NCBI GenBank assembly: GCA_035550555.1
Contig: DASZPA010000135.1
Coordinates: 1,621-65,620, forward strand
From: Fimbriimonas sp.
GTDB lineage: Bacteria > Armatimonadota > Fimbriimonadia > Fimbriimonadales > Fimbriimonadaceae
Direction: 5' to 3'
DNA: 64,000 nt
Shown here: in pieces, positions 54,111-63,510 of the stretch
Position numbering within the stretch: the stretch's first letter is position 1
How the letters are laid out: every line of letters starts with the position of its first letter
Notes under the pieces: generated by a model
Told to the model about the DNA's origin: nothing
Databases searched by the model: none
Seen by the model: the letters and a program-made list of their open reading frames with translations, nothing else
Translations under genes and position numbers: made by a program

Positions 54111-55581
54111 GCAGCTCGTTTCGCAGCCTCTCGGTTTGAGGCTTCGAGTCGGGGTCGGCCATCTCGACGAAGTCGCAGAGGTCGCGGACGTTGACGCTCG
54201 AGTTGAGGCGCACCCACACCTGATGGGTCTTCAAAAGGTCGGCCTCGAGCAGCAGCAGGTTCAAGCGGAAGCAGTTGGCCGCGAACGTCATGTACAGCTT
54301 TCGGTGCTCAGGCTCGGTAGGGGCTTGATTGATGAATCGGCGTCCGATTCTCAGCGCCCCGTAATCCCAAAACAGCCTCTTTCTGCTGGCGTCTCCCTGC
54401 CAGGCAGCGGGATCGAAGGAGATCACGAGCTGTCTGCGCGTCGAGGAGTAGACATTGTGGATCGCATAAGGGCCGTCCAGCCAAAGGGACTGTGCGAGCC
54501 AGTCTCCATACCGAGCGGATCCACGGACGGTCTTGTAGAGTCCTTGATCCATTAACCAGCCCAGCCAGAACCATGAGGAGCGAAGCTCGGCCATCTGGGT
54601 GTGAAGGTCGGGGCCGATGAGCTTCTTCTTTTGCATCTCGGCATCCATTCCCAGCGGCGCCGGCTGCTGAAAATAGAGGTCGCGGGCCAGCTCGCCGACT
54701 TCCCAAATCGGGTTTGGATCGCCAGGAGGCCCAATCTCCGGAGCCACCGAGCCGGTTTGGGCGAGGCCGGTTCTCAAGCGATGCTGAAGAAGAAGGAGGC
54801 CCCTGAACTTCGCTGAAGAGATCGCGGTCAACCCGTTGCCGGAGGACGCGTTGCACAGCCGCTGGTGAAGGTCCAAAAGGTGGCGCAGGCCCTCGTTGGT
54901 GGGCTTGGCCAGGTAGTCGTCTTCCTTTGCATACCATGCGGCGCGGTCTTTTGCCGGGATCGTCGGTGCGATCTCTGGCAGCCATTGAGCGATGGTTGCG
55001 TGCTCTTTTCCGTGGTAGAAGTCTTCGGACAGACGGTCCAGGGGGATGCCGATGGGCAGCGTCAATGGGTCGAGCTTCAGGAACGCCGCCGAAGCCGCCT
55101 TTGCTTGATCGATCGTTTCGATTCGGCCTTTGAAGAACATCGGGAGCCTCTGCTCCAGCTCCTCGCCAAACGTCTTGTCTCTCTCATCGGCCGTCGCGCC
55201 TGGCAGAACTTTGCCGCCCGGCTGAAACGGGCGGTCGATCATCGGGTCCAGCAGCTTTTGGAAGCCGTACTTCTCGCGGACGGAATGAATGAAGTCCACG
55301 ACCTTTTGGCAGTCTTCCGGGTTCAGGTGCTGTGAGGCGCGGCGAAAGATGTCGTCGTCATCGAAGTTGTATCTGGCGATCTCGATGCCGTCCGGACTGT
55401 GGCAGGTAGCGCACGCGGCGTGGTCCGCAGTCGCCCCAGGCTTCCGCCAAGTTTCGAGGCCCTCCCAGTAAGCGTCTCGTTTGGCCGCCCCGGTCGTCGC
55501 CAGCGCCGCGCAAAGGAAGACGGCGGCGGAGCTGGAAGCGAGAACCTTTCGGCGACCGGAAAGCATGGAAGGGACTCTCAT
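54076..55581 (-). CDS. putative secreted c-type heme-binding protein (single CXXCH), family unknown
   Basis: Signal-like 'VLASSSAAVFLCAALATTGAA'. 'DHAACATCHSPDG' motif. ATG at 55581 or 55566. The 3' end overlaps 52491..54110 convergently by 35 nt. Confidence 0.58.
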   Translation of the reverse strand: MRVPSMLSGRRKVLASSSAAVFLCAALATTGAAKRDAYWEGLETWRKPGATADHAACATCHSPDGIEIARYNFDDDDIFRRASQHLNPEDCQKVVDFIHSVREKYGFQKLLDPMIDRPFQPGGKVLPGATADERDKTFGEELEQRLPMFFKGRIETIDQAKAASAAFLKLDPLTLPIGIPLDRLSEDFYHGKEHATIAQWLPEIAPTIPAKDRAAWYAKEDDYLAKPTNEGLRHLLDLHQRLCNASSGNGLTAISSAKFRGLLLLQHRLRTGLAQTGSVAPEIGPPGDPNPIWEVGELARDLYFQQPAPLGMDAEMQKKKLIGPDLHTQMAELRSSWFWLGWLMDQGLYKTVRGSARYGDWLAQSLWLDGPYAIHNVYSSTRRQLVISFDPAAWQGDASRKRLFWDYGALRIGRRFINQAPTEPEHRKLYMTFAANCFRLNLLLLEADLLKTHQVWVRLNSSVNVRDLCDFVEMADPDSKPQTERLRNELLNLISNAAEKF

Positions 55582-55687
55582 TATAGGATGCCCAATACTG
55601 GGAGTACGCCGATCCGCAAGGGATTGTCGTGCAAAGTCAAAAGCCCCCCCGGCAACCGTCAGGTTACGGGCCAACTCGAAGAACTCC

Positions 55688-56035
55688 TTACTCGTCGACT
55701 CGGCTGAAGTAGATGACGGTAACCGTGTGCGCGGGAGTGATGAGATCGCCGTAGATCCGGCTGAGCATACCGATCACGTCGTCTTGGCTCCGAAACTCGG
55801 GGTTCTCCCTTTCGATGTCGCGTGGGCTCAGCTCTTCAATCGTCTTTACTTCCACGCGGTCGAGGATGGCGGAGTACAGCTTCTGACGGCGGCCGAAACG
55901 AGGACCGATGGTGATCCACACGATCATGCCCGTCCGATACTTGTCAGTCTTGTCTCCCAACCGAATCGTGACGGTCTTCCGGTTGTTCTTGAGGACGTCG
56001 CCGTACAGGTCCGTATAGAAATTAAGTGCGTACAT
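55688..56035 (-). CDS. ASCH domain protein
   Basis: 115 aa. 'LYGDVLKNNRKTVTIRLGDKTDKYRTGMIVWITIG' resembles the ASCH beta-barrel start. No clear SD. Confidence 0.55.
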   Translation of the reverse strand: MYALNFYTDLYGDVLKNNRKTVTIRLGDKTDKYRTGMIVWITIGPRFGRRQKLYSAILDRVEVKTIEELSPRDIERENPEFRSQDDVIGMLSRIYGDLITPAHTVTVIYFSRVDE

Positions 56036-56152
56036 GAATATGAGGAGGAGAAAAGCGCCTTCTATTGTTAAGCAAGCGGGCCACAAAACGCAAACCCGCT
56101 CAGGTTCAAGCCAAATCAGAATTCCCTAAAAGATCTGCCTGGAGAGCCAAAC

Positions 56153-56184
56153 CAAAAAGCGCCCGAGGCCTTGCCCCGGGCGCT
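56153..56184 (-). terminator. rho-independent terminator
   Basis: The minus strand reads AGCGCCCG-GGGCAAGGCCT-CGGGCGCT followed by TTTTT. It lies 23 nt downstream of stop 56207. Confidence 0.6.
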
Positions 56185-56206
56185 TGCGCCTTCAACGGCG
56201 AGTGAG

Positions 56207-56899
56207 TTACTGGCCGTTGCCGCCGCCGGCGTTCCGGTTGCGCCGCCCGCCGCCGGGGCCGCGAGGGGTCGCCAAGTCTGCAGCCGCTGCGAACGGCTTG
56301 CCGCCCAGGTCCTTCACCTTGGCATACTTGTCGGCAGGGACCGCCTTTTTGAGATTGTCCTTCAGCGTGTCGCCGTTCTTTCGAATCTCATCGAAGGCCG
56401 CCTGGCGATCCAGGGAGCCGTCTCTCATCTTCTGAAAGATGCTCGCGTTCGCTGCGTTGTAGTCGCTGTTGACCTTCTTGACTTGCGTCTTCTCGTCGTC
56501 CGTCAGGCCGATGCCATCTTGGACAAACGGAATCAGGACAGCCAAATCGCCGGCTACCTGCACCTGGATTTCGTGAAGCCGCTTGACTTGGTCAGCCGTG
56601 AGGACTCCCTCGATCTGCTTCTGCTGGTCGAGCATGCGCTGCTCTCGCTCTTCCGGAGTGGGCTGCCCGCCCCCTCCGGCGCCGCGGAACGATTGGCGCA
56701 GGTCTGTAATCTTGGTCTTCTCGTCGTCCGTGAGCGCGAGCTCCGTCTGGACTTCGGGGTTGTTGATGAGGCGGGTTGCCATGTAAGGCGCCCCAAAGCC
56801 TCCTCGTCGGCCCTGCCGGCCGCCGCCGCCCTGTGCCAGACAAAGGGAGGTCGCCAGCACGCAGATTGCAATAGCGATGATCCGATTCTTGAGGTTCAT
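56207..56899 (-). CDS. secreted repeat protein with Gly/Arg-rich termini (hypothetical, Spy/CpxP-like flavour)
   Basis: Signal 'IIAIAICVLATSLCLAQG'. Repeated 'LTDDEKT(K/Q)' helices. 'GGGGRQGRRGG' and 'GPGGGRRNRNAGGGNGQ' tails. Confidence 0.6.
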   Translation of the reverse strand: MNLKNRIIAIAICVLATSLCLAQGGGGRQGRRGGFGAPYMATRLINNPEVQTELALTDDEKTKITDLRQSFRGAGGGGQPTPEEREQRMLDQQKQIEGVLTADQVKRLHEIQVQVAGDLAVLIPFVQDGIGLTDDEKTQVKKVNSDYNAANASIFQKMRDGSLDRQAAFDEIRKNGDTLKDNLKKAVPADKYAKVKDLGGKPFAAAADLATPRGPGGGRRNRNAGGGNGQ

Positions 56900-57197
56900 T
56901 GTAGGTGTCCTATCTTGCCCTTGGACGGTTCCATTTACCCGGACTGTCAACAAGAGCGGTAACGGTGAAGACGCTTTATTCAAGCAACCGTTCACCCCAT
57001 TTTCCGTGGTTTACGGAAAAACTTTTGGTTGGACTCTGGCCTTTTTCTGGGCACTTAGGCCCAGTAAAGTTTTCGTTGTCCCATAGCGCTTGCGCCCGGT
57101 AAGTTCCGTGTTACCATGTCACCGTCAACGCTCGTACTAGCGCCATGTCTTCTGCATGGAGCTGCGAGCAAGCTTGCATTCACGAGGAGAATCAGAC

Positions 57198-58202
57198 ATG
57201 AGGAAGTATCGCGGGCGTGCATTCACGCTCATCGAACTTTTGGTCGTGATCGCCATTATTGCGATTCTGGCCGCGATCCTTTTTCCCGTCTTTGCTCAGG
57301 CAAAGCGTGCTGCCAAGGGGGCCGTCGCGATTAGCGACGCCAAGCAGATGGCCATCGGCCAGCTGATGTACACAACCGACTACGACGACAACTTTTCTCC
57401 AGTCGTCGAGTTCGACAGCAACTGGGACGTCTTCCCGTTCAGCTATCTTCAACAGCCCTACATGAAATCCTGGGGCGTGCTGCTCGATCCGACGGGGCCG
57501 GTCAGCATCGACCAGCTTGCCGAGGACGAGACGGACGGCACCGATTTTCAGATCTATGGCCTTTGGGGCATGCCTCCCGAGCGTTCCTCCACGATTTCCA
57601 CGCAGGCCGGCGACTTCACTTTCGGCCAGCAGCCAGGCGGGCAGGCCATGACGAACGGCCAGCTCTGGTACTACGACGGCATCGGGGGCGTTGCCAACGT
57701 CCCGAACGGAAACACCGGCGACGGCGGCGGTCCCGATAACTTTGCCGCCTGGGGATACAAGGCGGGACTGAACCCCTCGTTGACACCGTCCGCCGTTGCC
57801 AATCCGGCCGACCAAGTGATGCTTGCCCAGTCAGGCTCTTGGGATTTCATGTGGGAGAAAGTGGGATACGCCTCATTCGGCAACGGAAACGATACGCCGG
57901 ATAACTTCGACATGTACTGGAGCTCTTGCGACAACACTTATCAGTGCCAAGCCGTCATCTGCGCTCCGGTGGCACGGCAAAGAGACGACGGCGCGGCCGC
58001 TGGCCTTCTCCCCTACTTCACGTCGGGCGGAGACTACAATTCGAGCGGGGTGGCATCTCAGCCCTTGCCAACCGGTCTCACCTGTTGGGCGGGAACCGAC
58101 GGCCATGTCAAGGCGACGCCTTGGCGACAGCTTATGGGCACGACCATACCCATTGCAGGGGGCCAGAGGGCGATCAAGGCCTTTTGGCCGCAGGGCTCGT
58201 GA
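57198..58202 (+). CDS. prepilin-type N-terminal cleavage/methylation domain protein
   Basis: GAGGAGA lies 7 nt upstream of ATG 57198. '[29 protein letters not shown]'. C-terminal 'TDGHVKAT'. Confidence 0.85.
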   Translation: MRKYRGRAFTLIELLVVIAIIAILAAILFPVFAQAKRAAKGAVAISDAKQMAIGQLMYTTDYDDNFSPVVEFDSNWDVFPFSYLQQPYMKSWGVLLDPTGPVSIDQLAEDETDGTDFQIYGLWGMPPERSSTISTQAGDFTFGQQPGGQAMTNGQLWYYDGIGGVANVPNGNTGDGGGPDNFAAWGYKAGLNPSLTPSAVANPADQVMLAQSGSWDFMWEKVGYASFGNGNDTPDNFDMYWSSCDNTYQCQAVICAPVARQRDDGAAAGLLPYFTSGGDYNSSGVASQPLPTGLTCWAGTDGHVKATPWRQLMGTTIPIAGGQRAIKAFWPQGS

Positions 58203-58411
58203 GGGTCGTCCTTCTTCTAGGCTTGGCGGCGGTCTTGGTCGGATGCGGAGCGTCCGCCCAAACCTCCGCGTCAGACGAGAAGCTGCTTCACGACCGGCTC
58301 AGCCATCCGCCCAACGCCAGAAACCGGGGCGCGGCAAGAATGCGGCGAGGCAGAAGGATTCCTCCGGAAGCCGGAGGGCAGGCGCCGGCGACTACCGGGA
58401 CGACTCAGTAG
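58199..58411 (+). CDS. small lipoprotein (hypothetical)
   Basis: GTG 58199 overlaps the pilin-like TGA (GTGA). It encodes 'VRVVLLLGLAAVLVGCGAS', a lipobox, followed by a basic tail. Coding status unproven. Confidence 0.4.
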   Translation: MRVVLLLGLAAVLVGCGASAQTSASDEKLLHDRLSHPPNARNRGAARMRRGRRIPPEAGGQAPATTGTTQ

Positions 58412-59147
58412 ACGCCACTCGAATGGCTTCGCCGGTCTTTGAATCGACGGAGCCATTTTCGTGTGGGCTGCCCCGGATCGGCTTCTGCGAATCCACATAC
58501 GGGTCGCGGTGAGAGATGTTCACGTCCCAAAGAGCCTTGAGGTCGGCCAAGTACTCCCTAAGCGTGTAGTTGAACTGCAAGGCCGGGAACTGCGTGAGGT
58601 TCGGAACGGCGTATGCAACGGCATCGATGCCGAAAGACCGAGCCAGGAACACGGCGCGCGACGCGTGGTACTGCTGGGTCACCACGACGGCGCTCTTACA
58701 TCCGAAGACGGCCTTTGCCCTGTAGCAGGTGTCGTAAGTGTCCCGTCCCGCGAAGTCCAAGAGGATGTCTTTGCTCGGCACACCCTGCTCCAAGGCGTAC
58801 TGGCGCATGGCCGCAGGCTCGTTGTAGTACTTGGTCCGGTTGTCGCCGCTCATCAGCAGCTTGCGGACGATCTTGAACCTGTAGAGGTCGATCGCTCCGT
58901 CCAATCGTGCCTGCAGAATAAGCGAGGGCTTGCCTCCGGGCCGAAGTCCCGCGCCGGGCACGATGGCAAACGGCTTCTCGGGAAGATCGTTCAGCTTGGT
59001 GTAAACATGGTCGAACGTCGAGCCCTGGATGTAGCCGATGGAGAGGATCAGGGCGAGAAGCGGCAAACCCACCACTATCAGCAGCAGCCGACGGAACTTG
59101 CTTCGCTTCTTCTGCTTGGCCATAAGGACCCCGAAAGCTTCCTCCAT
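58392..59147 (-). CDS. SanA/YdcF (DUF218) family membrane protein
   Basis: AAGGAAGG SD upstream of ATG 59147. N-terminal TM helix, then 'FAIVPGAGL...LLMSGDN...NEPAAMRQYA...RDTYDT'. Confidence 0.8.
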   Translation of the reverse strand: MEEAFGVLMAKQKKRSKFRRLLLIVVGLPLLALILSIGYIQGSTFDHVYTKLNDLPEKPFAIVPGAGLRPGGKPSLILQARLDGAIDLYRFKIVRKLLMSGDNRTKYYNEPAAMRQYALEQGVPSKDILLDFAGRDTYDTCYRAKAVFGCKSAVVVTQQYHASRAVFLARSFGIDAVAYAVPNLTQFPALQFNYTLREYLADLKALWDVNISHRDPYVDSQKPIRGSPHENGSVDSKTGEAIRVASTESSR

Positions 59148-59261
59148 GAAGCCTTCCTTATTGTGCGACGAAACGAGCCCTCCCTGTGACCTTTGACAGG
59201 ATTCTTCCAGCCTTTGGCCGTGGCAGCCTGTTCATGGCGGAGACAATCGGGCCGCTCCGCT

Positions 59262-60122
59262 CTACTTCGTCGCTCTCGGCGCCAACAGCTTGAACTGGAT
59301 CAGCGTGAGCGTGAACACGCAGAGGAACAGGAGGTAGGCCACGGCCGATGCGTACCCGAGCTGGTACTGGCCGAAGCCCTGTTGATACATGTACAGGATC
59401 ACAGTCAGCGTCGAATACGCCGGGTTGCCTTGCGTGAGGATATAAGACTGTCCGAACACTTGCGAGGCGCCAATGAGCGAGATCACAAAACAGAACAGAG
59501 TGATCGGGCGGATCCAGGGCCAGGTGGTGTACCAAAACCGCTGCCACGGTCGAGCGCCGTCGAGCTCCGCGGCCTCGTGGATTTCCTTCGGCACCGATTT
59601 CAAGCCTGCCAGGTAGATCAGCATGTTCCCACCCGCTCCCCACCAGATGCTCATGAGCGCCAGCGCGGGCATCGCCGACTTGGGGTCTTCCAGCCATCGG
59701 ACATCGGTGTGGAAGTAGTGGTTGATCAGTCCGTAGTCGTGGCTGTACATCCACCGCCAAACCAGAGCGACCACCGTGACGGAGAGCAGCACCGGCGTGT
59801 AAAAGCAGATCTTGTACAGCGTGGTTGCGCGGTACTTCTGATTCAGGCCGATGGCCAGCAGCAGCGAGAGGATGTTGCCCGCCGGCACCACCATCAGCAT
59901 GAAGTAGCCAGTTCGCACCAGCGAGATGCGAAATAGGTCGTCGTTGATCGCGCTCGAGTAGTTGCGTAGACCGACAAAGATCGCGTTTTTCGAGAGGATA
60001 TGCCAGTTGTGGAGGCTGATCCAGAAGCCGTAGAAGACCGGCGACAAGACGAAGAGCACAAACAGGGTGAGAAACGGCGCCAGAAAGAGCCAGGCGCCGA
60101 TCGTCTCCTTGCGGCCTCTCAT
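59262..60122 (-). CDS. carbohydrate ABC transporter permease (UgpA/MalF type)
   Basis: 286 aa. EAA loop 'HEAAELDGARPWQRFWYTTWP'. The ATG overlaps the SBP stop. Confidence 0.9.
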   Translation of the reverse strand: MRGRKETIGAWLFLAPFLTLFVLFVLSPVFYGFWISLHNWHILSKNAIFVGLRNYSSAINDDLFRISLVRTGYFMLMVVPAGNILSLLLAIGLNQKYRATTLYKICFYTPVLLSVTVVALVWRWMYSHDYGLINHYFHTDVRWLEDPKSAMPALALMSIWWGAGGNMLIYLAGLKSVPKEIHEAAELDGARPWQRFWYTTWPWIRPITLFCFVISLIGASQVFGQSYILTQGNPAYSTLTVILYMYQQGFGQYQLGYASAVAYLLFLCVFTLTLIQFKLLAPRATK

Positions 60123-61336
60123 TGCCGCCTCAGCACATTGTCGATTCGCCGGCTCGCGTCCCTCAGCTCCGCCTCTGGCTCGTCGATGTGGTTGAGCGAG
60201 GCGTCGATAGCGGTATCGGCGAAGGGAGCGACCTGATTCGCCGTAACCGCGAACGGCTCGTAGTGGATGTAGGGCAGCTCCTTGGCGAACTCCCGCATGA
60301 TGCGCAGCTTGTCGAACTCAGGCGAGTCGAGAATCGAGAGCCGCACGGGCACCTGTCCGCCCTTGGCCCAGTCGAGACTGTGGTCGCTTAGGTACGTGAT
60401 GAACTGCCACGCCGCCATTCGGCGCTCCGCCGAAAGCGTCGCCGGCATGCAGAGCGTATGGCTTCCGGCCCAAACGGTCTTGACCGGACCGAAGGTGGGT
60501 ACCGGCGCCGCCGCGTAGTTGAGACCCTTCTGATGGTCGAGCGAGTCGATCATCCAGGTGCCCTGAAACACCATTCCGATCTTGCCCATCTGGAACCCCA
60601 TCCACGCGTCGTTGCCTTGGGGAGGGGGGCTGATCTTGTACGTGTCGCTAAAGCTCAGCAGGGTATCCACGGCTTCGGTCGCTTGCGGACTGTCCAGCGT
60701 CGACCTCCTGAAGTCGGGACTCAGCAGGTTTGCGCCGAACTGGTAAAGAAACGTGCTGCCGACCAGATGGATGTCGGTCATGGCAAAGCCCCACTGGCCC
60801 GGCTTGGTCAGCTTCTTGGCGTCGTCGACGAACTCGGCGAGGTTCGTGGGAGGATGGCCGATGCCTGCTTGACGAAACAGGTCGACGTTGTAGTACATGC
60901 CGAGAGGGTGGCAATCCAAGGGAATACCGTAGCGCCGCCCTTTCCAAAGCCCAACCTGCAGCACGCTCGGCGCGAAGTCCTTTGGATCGAGACCATCCAT
61001 CGAATCGATTGGCGAGAGAGCGCCGTGGTCCGCGTATTCCGCCACTCGAGCCTCGTGAAGAATGAACACGTCCGGAGCGCCGCCAAAAGCCAGGCCAAGC
61101 GTTAGCTTGTCGTAATAGGTCCCCCAAGGGATGATCTGCATCTTCACGTGGATGCCCGGATGCTCGCGGTTGAAGCTCTTGACGATCCCCTCCATCGCCT
61201 TGCCGTCCGGACCGCTGAACCCGTTCCAGAACGTAAGCTCCAAAGCCTTGTCTGTGGAAGCCGCCGCCCTGGAGCACCCCTGCAGCGCGCAGAACGAAAG
61301 CAACGCGGCGAGGAGAAAATGGGAAAGGGGCTTCAT
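60119..61336 (-). CDS. ABC transporter extracellular solute-binding lipoprotein (sugars)
   Basis: ATG 61336. Lipobox 'SFCALQGC'. SBP_bac_1-like body. Confidence 0.9.
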   Translation of the reverse strand: MKPLSHFLLAALLSFCALQGCSRAAASTDKALELTFWNGFSGPDGKAMEGIVKSFNREHPGIHVKMQIIPWGTYYDKLTLGLAFGGAPDVFILHEARVAEYADHGALSPIDSMDGLDPKDFAPSVLQVGLWKGRRYGIPLDCHPLGMYYNVDLFRQAGIGHPPTNLAEFVDDAKKLTKPGQWGFAMTDIHLVGSTFLYQFGANLLSPDFRRSTLDSPQATEAVDTLLSFSDTYKISPPPQGNDAWMGFQMGKIGMVFQGTWMIDSLDHQKGLNYAAAPVPTFGPVKTVWAGSHTLCMPATLSAERRMAAWQFITYLSDHSLDWAKGGQVPVRLSILDSPEFDKLRIMREFAKELPYIHYEPFAVTANQVAPFADTAIDASLNHIDEPEAELRDASRRIDNVLRRQ

Positions 61337-61350
61337 TGCCGTTCTCAGTC

Positions 61351-62316
61351 TTAAGGGGGTTGCGGGGTCCAGGTTGGGCCGTTGCACTTCGGACCCTCTT
61401 CGGTCCAGAGGAGCTTGTCGATGCACATCCGGCGGGCCGTCATGGCCGCGTCCCAGGCGTGATAGACCAGGAAGTCCGTCACTCCGTCAGGACCGGTAAC
61501 GATCGAGTTGTGGCCCGGACCGATCACCTTGCCCGGAACCGAGCGAAGCAGTCTGGGCGACGGACCGTTCAATGACCGCCATGGACCCATGGGACTGTCT
61601 GCGACTGCGTAATCGAGCCCATACGTGTCGTTCTCCCATCGGCCGCCGCTGTAAAGGCAGTAGTACTTCCCGTCATGAAACTTGGCGCACGGGCCCTCCA
61701 ACGTGTGCCAGTCGTAAATGCCCCCGTAGATATGACGGCCTTGGGCAAACCGTTGCCAATCCTGCGTGGCGCGAAGCACCACTCTCTCCTCACCGGCCAG
61801 CGAGGACATGGTGGAGAGCCGATCGACAACCAGGGCAGTGCCGGGCCGTTCGTCGCCTTCGCATTGAAGGAAGTCCCGGGCATAGAAGAGGTACCACTGG
61901 CCGTCCACGTCTCGAAAGGGGCTGGCATCGATGGCGAACGGGGCCTCATCGGGATCGACTAAGTCTATGCCCAAATCAACATACGGTCCTTCCGGAACCT
62001 CCGAAGAGGCCACACGCAGCCGGTGGCCCACGTCGCGGTAGCCCACCGAGTAGTACATGTAGAATCTCGACCCGTCGAAAGCGACCTCGGGCGCCCAAAA
62101 ATCGGTGCCCAGGGGTTTGCCAGGTTCGACAAGGGACGGGCCCAGCGCTTCCCACTGAACCAGGTTCTTGGATCTCAGCATCGGAAAGATGCCGTTTTCG
62201 GTTCCAGCCGTGCCCACGGCGTAGTAGGTTCCGGCGACTACAAATACGAACGGGTCGGCAAAGTAGGCGTCGTAGACGGGGTTGCAGTATTGGAGCCCGA
62301 CTTCACTTGGCGCCAT
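61351..62316 (-). CDS. glycoside hydrolase family 43 protein
   Basis: 'NPVYDAYFADPFVF' (catalytic Asp region), 'FWAPEV', 'YMYYSV', 'LEGPCA'. No signal peptide. Confidence 0.85.
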   Translation of the reverse strand: MAPSEVGLQYCNPVYDAYFADPFVFVVAGTYYAVGTAGTENGIFPMLRSKNLVQWEALGPSLVEPGKPLGTDFWAPEVAFDGSRFYMYYSVGYRDVGHRLRVASSEVPEGPYVDLGIDLVDPDEAPFAIDASPFRDVDGQWYLFYARDFLQCEGDERPGTALVVDRLSTMSSLAGEERVVLRATQDWQRFAQGRHIYGGIYDWHTLEGPCAKFHDGKYYCLYSGGRWENDTYGLDYAVADSPMGPWRSLNGPSPRLLRSVPGKVIGPGHNSIVTGPDGVTDFLVYHAWDAAMTARRMCIDKLLWTEEGPKCNGPTWTPQPP

Positions 62317-62405
62317 CGCTATCTAGACATAGTATAGGAGTTTTTGGATTTTCTCTTCGCATAACCATGTCATTTACGCTATAGTATCTCTCAAAGCTGT
62401 TAGGG

Positions 62406-63389
62406 ATGCAAAGTAGCTCTCACATTTTGGAACTGCGCGGGGTAGATGGCAGTGAGGTCTTCAAGGCCCTCGCTTCCGAGTCACGTTTGCAGATTTTGAA
62501 CCTGCTGGCGCTCGGGGACAAGAATATTAACGAGCTGTGCGTCGCCTGCGGAATCGCCCAGCCGACCATGACCCGCCACATCCAGCAGCTCGAGACTGCC
62601 GGTCTCGTGACCAGTGAGTACATGCCCAGCCAGCAAGGTATCCAGAAGCGGTGCAGGCTCAATTACGACCGGCTGCTGATCTCTTTCGAGAACCTGGCGG
62701 GTTCGGAAACTAAAATGGAAGAGGTTTCCATGCCGATTGGGCTATACACTCTCGCGAATCCGTCGGGAACGTGCGGTCTGGCGAACCGCGAGCGAATCAT
62801 CGGGTTCGTGGACATCCCCCAATCGTTTTTCGATCCCGAGCGCGCCACAGCCCAGATCATTTGGATGGCGGGCGGGTTCGTGGAGTACATCTTCCCCTGC
62901 ACCCTCCCTTCCAGCGCCGAGCTTTTGCGATTGGAGCTGATGATGGAGGTCTGCTCCGAAGCGCCCAACTACGATCACGACTACCCGTCCGACATCACGG
63001 TCTGGATCAACGGAGTCGAGACCGGCACTTGGACCTCGCCAGGCGACTTCGGCGGAAATCGGGGCCGGTTGAACCCGGATTGGTGGATCGATCACATGAC
63101 CCAGTACGGAGCGCAGAAGATCTGGTCGATCGACTCGGAGGGTTCCTACGTGGATGGAACCAAGGTCTCGGACGTCGACTTCAAACACGCCATGATCGTC
63201 CCCGGCCAACCCATCACGGTGCGAATCGGCATCAAACCCGACGCGGAGCATCAGGGCGGGTTCAACCTGTTCGGCTCGGGATTCGGCAACTACGCCCAAG
63301 ACCTCGTGCTGCGAGTCCACTACTCCGGCAAGAAGATCGCGGTCAGGCATCCCGGTCCTGCCCTCACTTTGGAGGAAGGCGGCCGGTGA
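62406..63389 (+). CDS. ArsR-family HTH regulator with ~230-aa C-terminal domain of unknown function
   Basis: 'ALASESRLQILNLLALGDKNINELCVACGIAQPTMTRHIQQLETAGLV', followed by an unassigned, probably beta-rich domain. Confidence 0.8.
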   Translation: MQSSSHILELRGVDGSEVFKALASESRLQILNLLALGDKNINELCVACGIAQPTMTRHIQQLETAGLVTSEYMPSQQGIQKRCRLNYDRLLISFENLAGSETKMEEVSMPIGLYTLANPSGTCGLANRERIIGFVDIPQSFFDPERATAQIIWMAGGFVEYIFPCTLPSSAELLRLELMMEVCSEAPNYDHDYPSDITVWINGVETGTWTSPGDFGGNRGRLNPDWWIDHMTQYGAQKIWSIDSEGSYVDGTKVSDVDFKHAMIVPGQPITVRIGIKPDAEHQGGFNLFGSGFGNYAQDLVLRVHYSGKKIAVRHPGPALTLEEGGR

Positions 63390-63510
63390 GCCCAACCGCC
63401 TGCCGGTATTCGTCGTTATTCGGCTTGCGGGGCGCCTTGCCTCTCAGCCTTCATGCTTCGTCAACTCGAACTCATTTCGCCCAAACGGGCCGGTCCTATA
63501 GGAGATTCTT

